Shown piece by piece: positions 48,979 through 59,305 of a stretch of 64,000 nt of DNA. Location of the stretch: positions 3,136,001 through 3,200,000 of the forward strand of contig OZ244587.1 in NCBI GenBank assembly GCA_965218095.1, in the 5' to 3' direction. A model generated the notes under the pieces. That model saw only the letters and a program-made list of their open reading frames with translations, was not told the origin of the DNA and made no database searches. Positions within the stretch are counted from its first letter, which is position 1, and the number at the start of each line of letters is the position of its first letter. The DNA is from Candidatus Poribacteria bacterium (GTDB lineage Bacteria > Poribacteria > WGA-4E > PCPOR2b). The position numbers and the translations under genes are program-made.

Positions 48979-49620
48979 TCACAACTCTCTCCCTGTTTCG
49001 TACAGCACTGCAATCAGGCGTTTGGGGCCGTGAACACCGAGCACCAGCGTAAACTCAATATCCGCCGATTTGCTGGGGCCACTGATGAGGGTAAGGTTGG
49101 CGGGCATCTTCCCGGTGCGTGCGGCTGTCCAGGTAAAAATATCCGGCATCAGGCAAGCAGCCGGAACCAGCGCCACATGCACCGGTGGAAGTAGTGTTGC
49201 CTGCCGACTCTTTCCCGGTCCACTGTAGACGACCAGACTGCCCGTCTCCGCCAGCGCTGCTTCGACGCCACTCAGACCGACATCGGCTCGCACACAAAAT
49301 TCGCGTAAATCCCCTGGCGTCTGTCCCACAATATGCCACTCACAGTTGGGCCAACGCCGTGTCAACCCCACGGTATTCAGCGGCGGCTCATCATTAGCAA
49401 CTATCGCTGTCGCCCCCACTTCACGCAAGATCGCCTCCACTTCTGCCAGGGCCGATTCTAAACTCTCTACCCGGAGCACTTCCCCCTTCGCCGCCGCCAA
49501 CGATTCGGTAAAACGCGCCGCGAGATCAGGGTACTCACGTTGAGATCGCCACGCTGACGACAAAGTTTCCTTTCGCGCCTTGCCCCGCAAACGATTCAGA
49601 ATTTCTGCTCGTGCCTTCAC
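48979..49620 (-). CDS. lutC: Lactate utilisation protein C (LUD domain)
   Basis: AALAETGSLV, LLPPVHVA, LISGPSKSADIE, GVHGP; GTGA overlap with lutB. Confidence 0.9.
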   Translation of the reverse strand: MKARAEILNRLRGKARKETLSSAWRSQREYPDLAARFTESLAAAKGEVLRVESLESALAEVEAILREVGATAIVANDEPPLNTVGLTRRWPNCEWHIVGQTPGDLREFCVRADVGLSGVEAALAETGSLVVYSGPGKSRQATLLPPVHVALVPAACLMPDIFTWTAARTGKMPANLTLISGPSKSADIEFTLVLGVHGPKRLIAVLYETGREL

Positions 49621-51029
49621 CGCTTCTCCTCCAATTCGCCAGATTTCCACATGTCCCGAAAGGAGCGTTTTGCCAGGGCAGGCAGTTGACGCTCAAGGAC
49701 GGGGTTAAGCCGAGACGGGAGATTCAGCGCCCCATCGCGGACAAATGGGCGCTGCGCCAGCCGGACTGCCCCGGTCATGAAGCGCATCAATTTCTCATGT
49801 CCCAACACAAACGCCCCTGCTTCTTCCACCTTTCGTTCTCGCCAGGGCGCTACCCCTTCGGTCACCTCATCTGTGCGGAGCTCAAGCAGCATTCGCGGCA
49901 AATCAATCCGCACCGGGCACACGTCCTTACAGGCGCCACAGAGCGAACTGGCATGCGGCAGTGCTTCATAATCTTCCAATCCAAACAATAATGGCGTCAC
50001 CACTGCCCCGATGGGGCCGCAGTAGGGACTGCCATACGCATGACCGCCCGCCTCGCGATACACCGGACACACATTCAGACAAGCCCCGCAGCGAATACAT
50101 TGCAGTGCCTCCTCATACTTCGTTCCCACTAGTTGACTGCGGCCATTATCCAACAAAACAATATGCATCTCCTGCGGTCCGTCGGGGTCATCGGCGCGGG
50201 CGGGACCGGTGATAATGCTGGTGTAAATCGAAAGCGGTTGTCCCGCCGCACTTCGCGCCAACAACGACAGCCAAACAGCGGCGTCATCCCATGTCGGCGT
50301 AATTTTTTCAATCCCAATGACAGCGACATGTACCGGTGGCACAGAGGTGACCAAACGACCGTTGCCCTCATTCGTCACTAGTACCACACTGCCGGTCTCT
50401 GCGACCGCGATATTACCACCGGAAATCCCCATCCCGGCTGCCAAAAAACGCTCACGCAATATCCGCCGTGCCTCGGCGGTGAGGGCAGAGAGGTCGTCTG
50501 GGGACAGCGGGCGTCCCGCTTCTCGGCTCAACAATGCTGCCACCTGCTGCCGTGTTTTGTGAATAGCAGGCGCGATAATGTGCGAAGGTGTCTCCGAAGC
50601 CAGTTGAACGAGAAAATCCCCCAAATCGGTCTCCACCGGCGTCACACCAGCTGCCTCCAGCGCCTGATTTAGATGAATCTCCTCCGTTGCCATTGACTTC
50701 CCCTTCGTCGCCAGCGAAGCCTCATGCTGGCGGGCAATCTCGACGACAATCTCACAGGCTTCCACCCCATCCCGCGCCCAATGCACCTTCGCACCCGCTG
50801 CAAGGGCATTCCGCTCAAACGTCTCCAAATGGTGCGCCAATTGCCCCAGGGTAGCTGATCGAATCGCCTTAAAATAATCGCGGAGGTTTTCCGCGTCCGG
50901 GAGTTCCGCCAAAGCACGGTTTCGTGCCGTCCGGAAGTTGCCTGTCGCGGTATCCAGCGCCTCTTGCAAACGACTATCCTCAATGGCAATTTTTGCCCGC
51001 CGGCGAAACTGGGAAAAGGTCCTCGTCAT
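49617..51029 (-). CDS. lutB: Lactate utilisation Fe-S protein B
   Basis: KSMATEEI, ETDLG, PSHIIAPAIH, CIRCGACLNVCPVY, SSLCGACKDVCPV. Confidence 0.95.
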   Translation of the reverse strand: MTRTFSQFRRRAKIAIEDSRLQEALDTATGNFRTARNRALAELPDAENLRDYFKAIRSATLGQLAHHLETFERNALAAGAKVHWARDGVEACEIVVEIARQHEASLATKGKSMATEEIHLNQALEAAGVTPVETDLGDFLVQLASETPSHIIAPAIHKTRQQVAALLSREAGRPLSPDDLSALTAEARRILRERFLAAGMGISGGNIAVAETGSVVLVTNEGNGRLVTSVPPVHVAVIGIEKITPTWDDAAVWLSLLARSAAGQPLSIYTSIITGPARADDPDGPQEMHIVLLDNGRSQLVGTKYEEALQCIRCGACLNVCPVYREAGGHAYGSPYCGPIGAVVTPLLFGLEDYEALPHASSLCGACKDVCPVRIDLPRMLLELRTDEVTEGVAPWRERKVEEAGAFVLGHEKLMRFMTGAVRLAQRPFVRDGALNLPSRLNPVLERQLPALAKRSFRDMWKSGELEEKR

Positions 51030-51757
51030 CGTGTCATCTCCTCCAGCACTGTGGCGATATGTTCGACCCGTACTGAACTCCCAGCCGCCAACCCTCGCAT
51101 TTGCGTCAGACAACCCGGGTCGGCGGTGACCAACACATCGGCATCAGTATCCCCCGCTTGACGGAGTTTTTCGGCGGTCATGGCGTTAGAAATCTCCGGC
51201 ATCCGCACCGAAAACAGCCCGCCAAAGCCGCAGCATCGGTCGGATTCCGTCATTTCGCACACCCGGCAGCCGGCTTTTTTCAGCAATTGACGTGGCTCCT
51301 TTTGCAAACCGAGCATGCGGCACATGTGGCAGGAATCATGGTAGGTGACATTGGAGACGGTGGAAACTAGGGTGGGTTCCCATTGGGCGTGATGTGTCAA
51401 AAACTGGCTCAACTCATACGTTTTGTCAGCCAGCTTTTGAGCGCGACGATGCCACTCTGGCCATGTTTCGAGCAAGTGGGGATACTCAACCCGAATCATC
51501 GCGGTGCAAGAGCCACTCGGCAAAACCACCGCCTCATACGCCTCAAAGATTTCCACGGTGCGTTTGGCTAAATCAACCGCCTCGCGTCGGAAACCACTAT
51601 TAAAAAGGGGCTGCCCGCAGCAGGTCTGCGCCGCTGGAAACTCCACTGTGTATCCCGCCCGCCGCAGCAGTTGCACGGTTGCGACCCCTACTTCTGGCAG
51701 TACTATATCCACCAGACAGGTCACGCATAAAGCCACCTGTTTCGATTGCGTCATCAT
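51026..51757 (-). CDS. lutA: Lactate utilisation protein A (CCG domains)
   Basis: TCLVD, QTCCGQP, SGSCTA, YHDSCH, CCGFGGLF. Confidence 0.95.
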   Translation of the reverse strand: MMTQSKQVALCVTCLVDIVLPEVGVATVQLLRRAGYTVEFPAAQTCCGQPLFNSGFRREAVDLAKRTVEIFEAYEAVVLPSGSCTAMIRVEYPHLLETWPEWHRRAQKLADKTYELSQFLTHHAQWEPTLVSTVSNVTYHDSCHMCRMLGLQKEPRQLLKKAGCRVCEMTESDRCCGFGGLFSVRMPEISNAMTAEKLRQAGDTDADVLVTADPGCLTQMRGLAAGSSVRVEHIATVLEEMTR

Positions 51758-51799
51758 CTATACCTCTCTTCCAGCGCGTTTGTATGACCCCATTTTTAT

Positions 51800-52280
51800 A
51801 TCACGGCTTCAATTTCGCGTCAACAGAAAATTTCAATATCTACAAATTCTCTGCTCGATCGGGATTGGCAAATCCCGTTGGATTTAAAACAAAACTGGTA
51901 TTTGCCCCATAACTATCACCATCACCCGATTGCAACCTTCGCGGCCCTGTTGATTCAGTTCTTGGTTTATAATTTGTATTACGCCTATGTCTTTGTTCAA
52001 ATGAAGACCGACCGCCTGTATGATTTAACGCTAAAGGAGGTGATCGATGAATTGTGCCTCAGCTTTTGGCAGCAGCGTCAATGGCTGCCCAAACATGCGT
52101 TTGGTTGACTTATCTGGTCGCTTTTGGGTGATGGAGAGAGCCGGGTTTAAATCATAACTCATTTTCGCAGTCGTGAACCCCACGAAGGCTAATAGGAGTG
52201 TGTCTGCTGTCCGGCGCGGAAAAAGAGGTGGATTTTTCTGTCCGCACGCGGGAGATTTTCCCCCTCAATTGAGAATTGCT
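51800..52280 (+). mobile_element. DDE transposase 3' remnant with terminal repeat
   Basis: IGKSRW / DLKQNWYLPHNYHHHP...FLVYNLYYAY C-terminal fragment; terminal AATTGAGAATTGCT. Confidence 0.55.
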
Positions 52281-52290
52281 ATTCGCGGTG

Positions 52291-52529
52291 TACAAATTCC
52301 CCACGCATGGGTTCAATCGAGTTTACCGAGGGGCTGACCCAGAAAAAACAGGTACAGACAGACTTCGAGTATGAGTCGTCGGCGAATGCTCACGGGTTTG
52401 CCGACGACTGAGTAGAGCTACCTCCTTTCGATTGGTAGTTTTGGGGTGAATGTATCGCCGAATCATTTCATCGCAAAGTTTACGACCGATAACACCGAAA
52501 TTCAACCTGTTTTTTCTCGTGGGGAATTT
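52291..52529. mobile_element. MITE-like element with 25-bp ends and 12-bp flanking direct repeat
   Basis: AAATTCCCCACG (52294-52305) and AGAAAAAACAGGT (52341-52353) pair with 52505-52529; flanks CTATTC[G/T]CGGTG at 52279-52290 and 52530-52541. Confidence 0.65.
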
Positions 52530-52549
52530 CTATTCTCGGTGCTTTCTTG

Positions 52550-52578
52550 TTTACAGGTTTGGCAGAATCTGATATAAT
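52550..52578 (+). promoter_or_regulatory. sigma70-type promoter
   Basis: TTTACA-17 nt-TATAAT with TG extension. Confidence 0.6.
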
Positions 52579-52902
52579 ACCAATTCTGAATAATAACTGC
52601 GCATTAGCTTCGGAAGGAAAGGAAGAAGGGAAGCAAACCCATCCTTCCGTCCTTCCCTCCCTTCCACTATAATGAGACATTTTCATTCAGAAACGGTATA
52701 ATGTGCCGTATAGGTGTGCCTTTAGGATTGATACTGTCAGTAGTTGGGAAATGAGACGATTGTGTTCGGAACGCGGCATGCCAGCCAGAATAGTTTCGTC
52801 TGAAGAGGGGGTGAGTATGTGAAGGTCATTCTTTCTCGCTCCCACGCCCCCTCGCTTTCTCGCTCCCATCCATCGGAGCCGCAATCGTCAATCCGAGTTC
52901 GA

Positions 52903-53334
52903 ATGACAGCCTCCTCTCACGAAACGTATCAGAAACTACAGCAGAACATCGAATTGGTCATGAAGGATCAGTTGGATGTCATCCGCAAGCTCCTGGCTGT
53001 GATGATCAACAGCGGACATGTACTGTTGGAAGATTATCCCGGCACTGGTAAGACGACACTGGCGAAAGCGTTAGCGACCTCGATTGGCAGTGCAGATTTC
53101 AAGCGCCTGCAGTTCACGCCGGATTTGCCGCCCTTGCCGGAGGCACAGATGGACCGTTTTGCCATGCGGCTAACGCTTATGTGTCTGCCGAAGATGAAGT
53201 CGGCATCCTGTCGGCGCAGGAACAGGCCCATCCACTTGAATCACTTACACCGTGTGTGACGTTGGCGGAAATTCAGGCATTAAAAAACGCAGCGAAATCG
53301 GTCCGCATCAGTGAGGAGTTAAAACATTACATTG
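52903..53334 (+). pseudogene. MoxR AAA+ ATPase, internally deleted
   Basis: [21 protein letters not shown] joined directly to [10 protein letters not shown] (Walker B missing), then a frameshift. Confidence 0.85.
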
Positions 53335-53510
53335 AATAGGGATCAAGTTAAGGACTGAAATACGCTGATTTCGCGGATTGACGTGGATTTCTTATTCCGT
53401 TGTCTTCGACAGCCAATGTCCGAATCCGTGTCTAACAAGGATCTGCAATTTATTGTTCGAGCCCAATCGGGAGCGGTACAGCACCAATTTCCGTTAAATT
53501 GATCCCTATG
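53335..53510. mobile_element. 176-bp MITE with IS4-type ends
   Basis: ATAGGGATCAAGTTAA / TTAAATTGATCCCTAT, related to the end at 26605-26620; no TSD. Confidence 0.7.
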
Positions 53511-53725
53511 GGGTAGGTTTCTGCGAATAGAACCTGCTGTTGAACAACAACCTCGTAGCTTTAGGGCCGCTAGGCGTGACATGTTTAATGAAATCACCAA
53601 TCTTAAAATGTAAACGAGAAACGCTTTGATGTGATCGGCACCCCGGTGATGGAACTGTTTATGCTGCTGTCAGGAGATTTTGTGCTTTCTCCAGATCTGG
53701 AAAAGGTAATCGAAGGCTGAACCCG

Positions 53726-53756
53726 GACCTGACAGGTTTCAAAAACCTGTCAGGTC
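53726..53756. repeat. REP-like perfect hairpin
   Basis: GACCTGACAGGTTT-CAA-AAACCTGTCAGGTC. Confidence 0.75.
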
Positions 53757-53784
53757 TTCGGCAACAAAATATCAGAATGGTAAT

Positions 53785-54561
53785 ATGGAAAAACCCATCG
53801 TATTTTATAACCATGGACAGCAGCTCATCGGGATGCTGCACATACCCGATAACGGGACATCTCCCTGCCCTGCGGTTGTGTTCTTTCACGGCTTCACGAG
53901 TACAAAAGTTGAACCCCATCGGATATATGTCAAGACCGCGCGAAAACTGGCATCTGCCGGATTTTACGCCTTCCGCTTCGACTTTCGTGGGTCTGGCGAC
54001 AGCGAAGGGGATTTCTCAGAGACGACCATCGGCGGTGAAATCTCTGACGCGATTAAATCTATCGATGTCTTGACAGCGATGGAAGGCGTGGATGCCGAGC
54101 GAATCGGCGTGCTGGGTCTGAGCATGGGCGGCTGTGTTGCCGCCTGTGTTTCTGGACAGGATGCGCGGGTTAAATCGACTGTTCTCTGGGCGCCGTTCTC
54201 CGATGACCCACCGGATCTGGTGCAGATGTTCTTAGCAGGATATGCCGAGCGCCCAAATCCAGATGAGGATTTCGCCGATTATAACGGCAATACGATTGGC
54301 AAAGCCTTCATTGAGGAACTCCCACAGGTCAGGCCATCGCAGGAGATTCAACGATTTTCAGGCCCGTTGCTCATCATCCACGGGGAAGCCGACGAAATGG
54401 TGCCGGTGCCCCATGGACAACGCTATTACGAGTTAGTGAAAGACCGCGATGCCCTGACGGAGATTGCAATCATCCCTCAAGCGGATCACACTTTCAAGGC
54501 AAAAGCCTGGGAGGATGTGGTTATTGCCAGATCTGTCGACTGGTTCAAACGGATGCTCTGA
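53785..54561 (+). CDS. Alpha/beta hydrolase
   Basis: HGFT, FDFRGSGDSEG, GLSMGG nucleophile, HGEADEMV, ADHTF. Confidence 0.92.
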   Translation: MEKPIVFYNHGQQLIGMLHIPDNGTSPCPAVVFFHGFTSTKVEPHRIYVKTARKLASAGFYAFRFDFRGSGDSEGDFSETTIGGEISDAIKSIDVLTAMEGVDAERIGVLGLSMGGCVAACVSGQDARVKSTVLWAPFSDDPPDLVQMFLAGYAERPNPDEDFADYNGNTIGKAFIEELPQVRPSQEIQRFSGPLLIIHGEADEMVPVPHGQRYYELVKDRDALTEIAIIPQADHTFKAKAWEDVVIARSVDWFKRML

Positions 54562-54593
54562 TCTGCCTATTCGCTGAGGAGGTTAAATTTGGA

Positions 54594-55486
54594 GGCTCAT
54601 GTAAAAAATGAGTGCAATCGTTCAATAAATCTGCTAAACTGTTGGGTATGGATTTCCCAATACTCAATCTAATTGATGATGAACTGGCAGTCCACTGGTT
54701 GCTGAACCACTTTCATCCCCAAGGGTTGAAATGCCCCCATTGTGGAGCCGGCGTGAAGGCGGCACGCCCCTGCCGACGGACAACAACGAGCCAACTCACT
54801 GTCTATCGGTGTCTTGTGTGCCAGGGCATTTATAACCTCTATAACTCAACGTCTGCCAGGGGGTGCCGAGTGCAAAGCTCGCGGGTGAAATTGGTCTCAG
54901 TCGCCCGACAGTGCTTTCAATATGACGCACGCTTCAAGCCAATGCCCAAGCGATGCAACCCCACCTCCCTCTTGCAGATCGACAGACTGAGACTGACGAG
55001 ATGTTCCAAAACGCTGGGGAAAAAAAGTGAACCGCATCACAATCCGTTAGACCCGCCACGTTGACGAGCCAACAAGCGAAAAGGGGATGGTACCTATGCC
55101 AAGGACCGACCTCCGGTTGTTGGCACTGTGGGTCGGGAGAGTGGTCAAGTAAGACTGGGTGGGGTGCATCAGTTCACCCAAGTTTCCGCCAAGTTTACAC
55201 CGATGAGTGGCAAGGCTACCTGGGTCTCAACTGCTCGCATGCTACCGTTTGCCACGGCAAGCGAGAAAGGGCAAGAGATGCCGAGGCAGATGGGATTCGA
55301 GAAGGCCACACTAATACGCTCGAAGGTCTCTGGACAATGGTTCGCAACTTCCTGCGTCCTTTTGTGGGGTTCACAAGAAGTTCCTTGCCGGCTATATCGC
55401 AATCTGTGAGTTTTCGATTAACCTAAACACATCACCGGTGAGTTTATCTCACAACTCGTGACTTGCACTAACTTTTAACATGAGCC
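54594..55486 (+). mobile_element. IS1595-family insertion sequence, frameshifted transposase
   Basis: Ends GGCTCATGTAAAAAATGAGTGCAA / TTGCACTAACTTTTAACATGAGCC; 8-bp TSD AATTTGGA; CPHC..CLVC zinc ribbon, YTDEW, HTNTLEGLW. Confidence 0.92.
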
Positions 55487-55489
55487 AAT

Positions 55490-56908
55490 TTGGAAAAGGG
55501 ACAAAGACAATTGTTTTTAGACGATTATCTAATCGAACGGATTGACGGACTTCGACGGGTAGTCAACCAACCCGAAAAACATCCCAACCAACCCGAAAAA
55601 CATCCGGGGAATCCGATCGTATACCCGGATCAGTATTGGGAGGGCGGGTGCCAGGTGTATGGCACGGCGCTGTTTGACGATGAACGCCGGGTCTTCAGGA
55701 TGTGGTATCTGACCTCGCCGCGAGACCGTGGCTTGAAGCCGCTCAAACTCAACGACCATGAACGCGCACCGCACACGACGCTTTGTGCGTATGCGGAATC
55801 GGAGGATGGGGTACATTGGTGCAAGCCACACCTGGGACAACTTCCGTACGACGACAATGTGAACAACAACCTGATCGACATCGGACAGTGGAATTGCGAA
55901 GGGATTTCGGTGCTTGACGATACCCATGAAACCAATCCAAACTGTCGCTGGAAGGCGGTTTACTGGGACCACGGCTCCGGCGGTGTGACGACGCGCGATG
56001 GTCGCCCCTACTGCGAGCCCGGACCGCATGACGGCTTCTGCGTCGCGTTTTCGCCCGGCGGCCTCCACTGAACGCCATACGCCGGCAATCCCGTCATTCC
56101 GAAGTATTGCGACACGAACCAGAATGTTGTCTGCGACCAACGGTTGGGCAAATATGTCATCTTCAGCAGGCTCGGTTTTGGGCGCAAGCTCGCCCGAAGC
56201 GAAAGCCGGGATTTCATGACCTGGACGGAGCCGCAACTGGTGCTTAAATGTGACGAAGCTGACGGCCCTGACACGCAAATCTACGGCCCTGGCGTGGACA
56301 TCTACGAAGGGCTTTATCTCGCCATGGTTTGGATCTACCGTCAGGGCGGAGATGGCAAGATCGACACACAGCTCGCTTGCAGCCGTGATGGGATTCACTG
56401 GACGTGCGTCGGTGACTAGACAACATGGCTGCCGCTCGGTGATGGCGGCTCGTGGGAAGGCGGGATGATTCGTTCCTGTGAACGCATCATCGTCCGTGAT
56501 GATGAACTTTATATCTACTACTGCGGCGTTCACGGGCCGCATACTGGACCGAAATTTCAGAACGTGGCTCGCAAGCACCGGGTGGCAATCGGGCTTGTCA
56601 CACAGCAGCGTGACGGGTTTGTGTCGCTTGATGCTGGGAATGAGGAGGGATATGTCTGGATAAAACCGTTCGTGCTGCCAAAAGATGACCTGCACCTGAG
56701 CGTCGATGCCAGCGACGGTGAGGTCCGCGTTGATGTCATGGACGAAGGTGGGAACGGGCGCCTGCTACGTTCACAACTGATTACCGGCGATCGACTCGCT
56801 ATTCCCGTCAGGTGGGAGGATGCCGGTTTGAACGACATCACCGGACGAGCTGTACGACTACGTCTCTCCGCGCGAAATGCCAAGCTGTACTCGTACTGGT
56901 TTGAGTAA
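55490..56908 (+). pseudogene. Beta-propeller glycoside hydrolase-like gene with two in-frame stops
   Basis: QLFLDDYLI, YAESEDGVHW, SRDGIHW, RDGFVSLDA, KLYSYWF all in one frame; TGA at 56069 and TAG at 56417. Confidence 0.85.
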
Positions 56909-57056
56909 AGGTAGAGAGGATCGTCTTGCAGACTGATTTGATCGAAGTATTGGATAATTGACCACCAATTGCGTCCTTAATCAACTGCGATGGCGATACA
57001 TCAGCCTGAAGCCTGAAAATCACGCTCCGCTCGGTGATGTCAAAGGGGAAAATATA

Positions 57057-57683
57057 GTGCAATTACAGCTTGCCCTGGATCTCATCGATAGCCGGAAAGC
57101 AAAACAACTCCTTGAAGAGATTGTTGATCTCGTGGATATTGTAGAGATAGGCACCCCTCTGCTTATGAAGGAGGGCGTGAAGGCTGTCACGGAAATCAAA
57201 AACACCTGCCCGGCGCTCAAAGTCCTAGCAGATCTCAAAATCGTTGATGCCGGCGACCACGAAGCAAAAATAGGCTTTGATGCCGGGGCGGATATTGTGA
57301 GCGTGCTCGGCGCGGCGCATGACATCACGATTCGCCGCGCCTTGAGTCAAGCCCATGCCTGCAACAAGGAGGTAATGGTAGACCTGATAGCGGTAGATGA
57401 TGTCCAGAGACGTTCCCGTGATCTTGATGGAATGGGAGCGAATTACATCTGTGTCCATACCGCCTACGACCTTCAGGCCCAGGGGGTGAATCCCCTGCGG
57501 GAACTCCAGCTTGTCCAGCCTGTGTTGAGGCAGGCTCGGATGGTGGTGGCTGGTGGGATAAAGCCAGAGACCTTGCCGCAGATCGCAACTTATCGTCCGG
57601 GAATCGTCATTGTGGGTGGTTTCATCACAAGCCATCCGGATCCACGTCAGGCAACTCTTGAAATTAGAGAGCTGCTTGGGTAA
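57057..57683 (+). CDS. hxlA: 3-hexulose-6-phosphate synthase
   Basis: LQLALD, IVEIGTP, LADLKIVDAG, CVHTAYDLQA, VAGGIK. Confidence 0.93.
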   Translation: MQLQLALDLIDSRKAKQLLEEIVDLVDIVEIGTPLLMKEGVKAVTEIKNTCPALKVLADLKIVDAGDHEAKIGFDAGADIVSVLGAAHDITIRRALSQAHACNKEVMVDLIAVDDVQRRSRDLDGMGANYICVHTAYDLQAQGVNPLRELQLVQPVLRQARMVVAGGIKPETLPQIATYRPGIVIVGGFITSHPDPRQATLEIRELLG

Positions 57684-57696
57684 AGAGAGAAAGTCG

Positions 57697-58257
57697 GTGA
57701 AGATACAGGTATATATCAGCCAGATACTCGACGAACTGCGCGGAACCCTGGCTTACGTCCCCAACGATCAGGTGGAAAAACTTGCCAATGCTACCATAGG
57801 CGCCCGGCGTGTCTTCGTAGCGGGCGCCGGGCGGTCGGGTCTGGCAATGAAGACCTTTGCCATGCGTCTGATGCATCTGGATTTTGACACCTATGTTGTG
57901 GGGGAGACCATAACGCCAAGCATCACGAGCAGCGATCTGCTACTGATCGGTTCAGGCTCCGGTTCAACCAGCAGCCTCGTGGCAAACGCCAACAAAGCCC
58001 ATGCGATAGGCGCGACAATCTACCTCATAACCATTGATAAAGATTCACCCATTGGTCAAATGGCGGATGTGGTTCTCGCCATACCCGCCCCCTCGCCGAA
58101 GATAGACAAAGACCTCGGTTTTAACTCGGTCCAGCCGATGGGGTCTCTGTTTGAACAAAGCCTCCTGTTGACCTTGGACGCGATCATCCTTCTGCTGATG
58201 GACAAAACCGGGAAAGGCACGACGGCGATGTTTGCTCGACACGCCAATTTGGAATGA
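57697..58257 (+). CDS. hxlB: 6-phospho-3-hexuloisomerase
   Basis: AGAGRSG, FAMRLMHL, VVGETITPSI, QPMGSLFEQ, RHANLE. Confidence 0.95.
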   Translation: MKIQVYISQILDELRGTLAYVPNDQVEKLANATIGARRVFVAGAGRSGLAMKTFAMRLMHLDFDTYVVGETITPSITSSDLLLIGSGSGSTSSLVANANKAHAIGATIYLITIDKDSPIGQMADVVLAIPAPSPKIDKDLGFNSVQPMGSLFEQSLLLTLDAIILLLMDKTGKGTTAMFARHANLE

Positions 58258-58291
58258 AAAGTGAGGATACCCCGAAAGGACAACCGGCATT

Positions 58292-59221
58292 ATGATCATT
58301 GATGCGCATTCCCACATTTTCCCCGAAGTCCGTGGCTTGGTTGGCGCCGGGCCCACACGTGGTCTGGGTTATGGCCGTATCGCCGTTGGCGATGAAGAGG
58401 TTCAACTGTTGCCACCCTATAACGAGGAAACTGTATTCACGTCGAAAATGCTTCTGGCGAACATGGATTGGGCGGGTGTTGACAAGGTGATTCTGCTCCA
58501 GGGACCGTTCTATGGCGAGTGTAATCTGTATGTTCTTGATGCGCTCAACCGTTATCCTGACCGTTTAATCGGTGCGGCTTACTTCGATCCCTGGGATGCG
58601 GACAGTCGCCAAAAATTTGAGAGAATCACGGCCTCGCCCGGCTTTCGGGCGATCAAACTGGAGTGCTCTGAGGCGACCGGGCTGTGTGGCATCCACCCCG
58701 AAGCTAGGTTCGATATGCCCGACATTGCCTGGTTCTGGGATGAGGTTGAAGGGAGTGGAAGATTGGTCCTGGTACTCGATCTGGGCGCTATAGCCAGCTG
58801 TTCTTATCAGACCGGCGCCGTGCGCGCCATTGCGCAGGAGCATCCAAATCTGCGAATTGTCATCGCGCATCTGGGACAGCCAAATCCGTCGGCTGAAGCG
58901 GATGCGGGACTATGGCGTATGTGGCGAGAGCAGATCAATCTCGGGCGCTTGCCCAATGTGTGGTTTGACACTGCCGCGCTGCCAGCCTACCTACCGGACG
59001 AAGACTACCCCTATCCGAGTGCAGAGCGGTATTTGCGCCTTGCTATTGAACGCATCGGTCCGGCCAAAGTCATGTGGGGTACCGATCAGCCCGGACTTCT
59101 GCACCATCTGAACTATCCGCAACTGGTGAAGTTAGCTAAATTGCACACACAGTTTCTCTCCTCTGATGAGCAAGCGATGGTTCTCGGCGAGAATGCAATG
59201 CGAGTCTATGGTGATGATTAA
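58292..59221 (+). CDS. Amidohydrolase_2 family protein
   Basis: IIDAHSH, IVIAHLG, MWGTDQP. Confidence 0.88.
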   Translation: MIIDAHSHIFPEVRGLVGAGPTRGLGYGRIAVGDEEVQLLPPYNEETVFTSKMLLANMDWAGVDKVILLQGPFYGECNLYVLDALNRYPDRLIGAAYFDPWDADSRQKFERITASPGFRAIKLECSEATGLCGIHPEARFDMPDIAWFWDEVEGSGRLVLVLDLGAIASCSYQTGAVRAIAQEHPNLRIVIAHLGQPNPSAEADAGLWRMWREQINLGRLPNVWFDTAALPAYLPDEDYPYPSAERYLRLAIERIGPAKVMWGTDQPGLLHHLNYPQLVKLAKLHTQFLSSDEQAMVLGENAMRVYGDD

Positions 59222-59305
59222 ATCTTAAATCCGTTATTGTGAATTATACGATTCCAGTGGGGCAAGAAAGGCCTTCTAATCTTACAAAAACGGAAGGTTA
59301 ATAAA

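Noticed and set aside
52046-52156. Small Cys-containing peptide ORF behind AAGGAGGTG
   Set aside because: The apparent RBS is the LKEVID codons of the overlapping transposase remnant, and no modification enzymes are nearby
56069-56419. Stop-codon recoding (Sec/Pyl or alternative genetic code) in the GH-like gene
   Set aside because: The TGA replaces a Trp of a GLHW-type motif rather than a Cys, TGA and TAG end normal genes in this window, and the gene has lost its RBS, so pseudogenisation is simpler
55529-56695. 388-aa minus-strand ORF
   Set aside because: Antisense to the GH-like pseudogene, whose plus-strand motifs are clear
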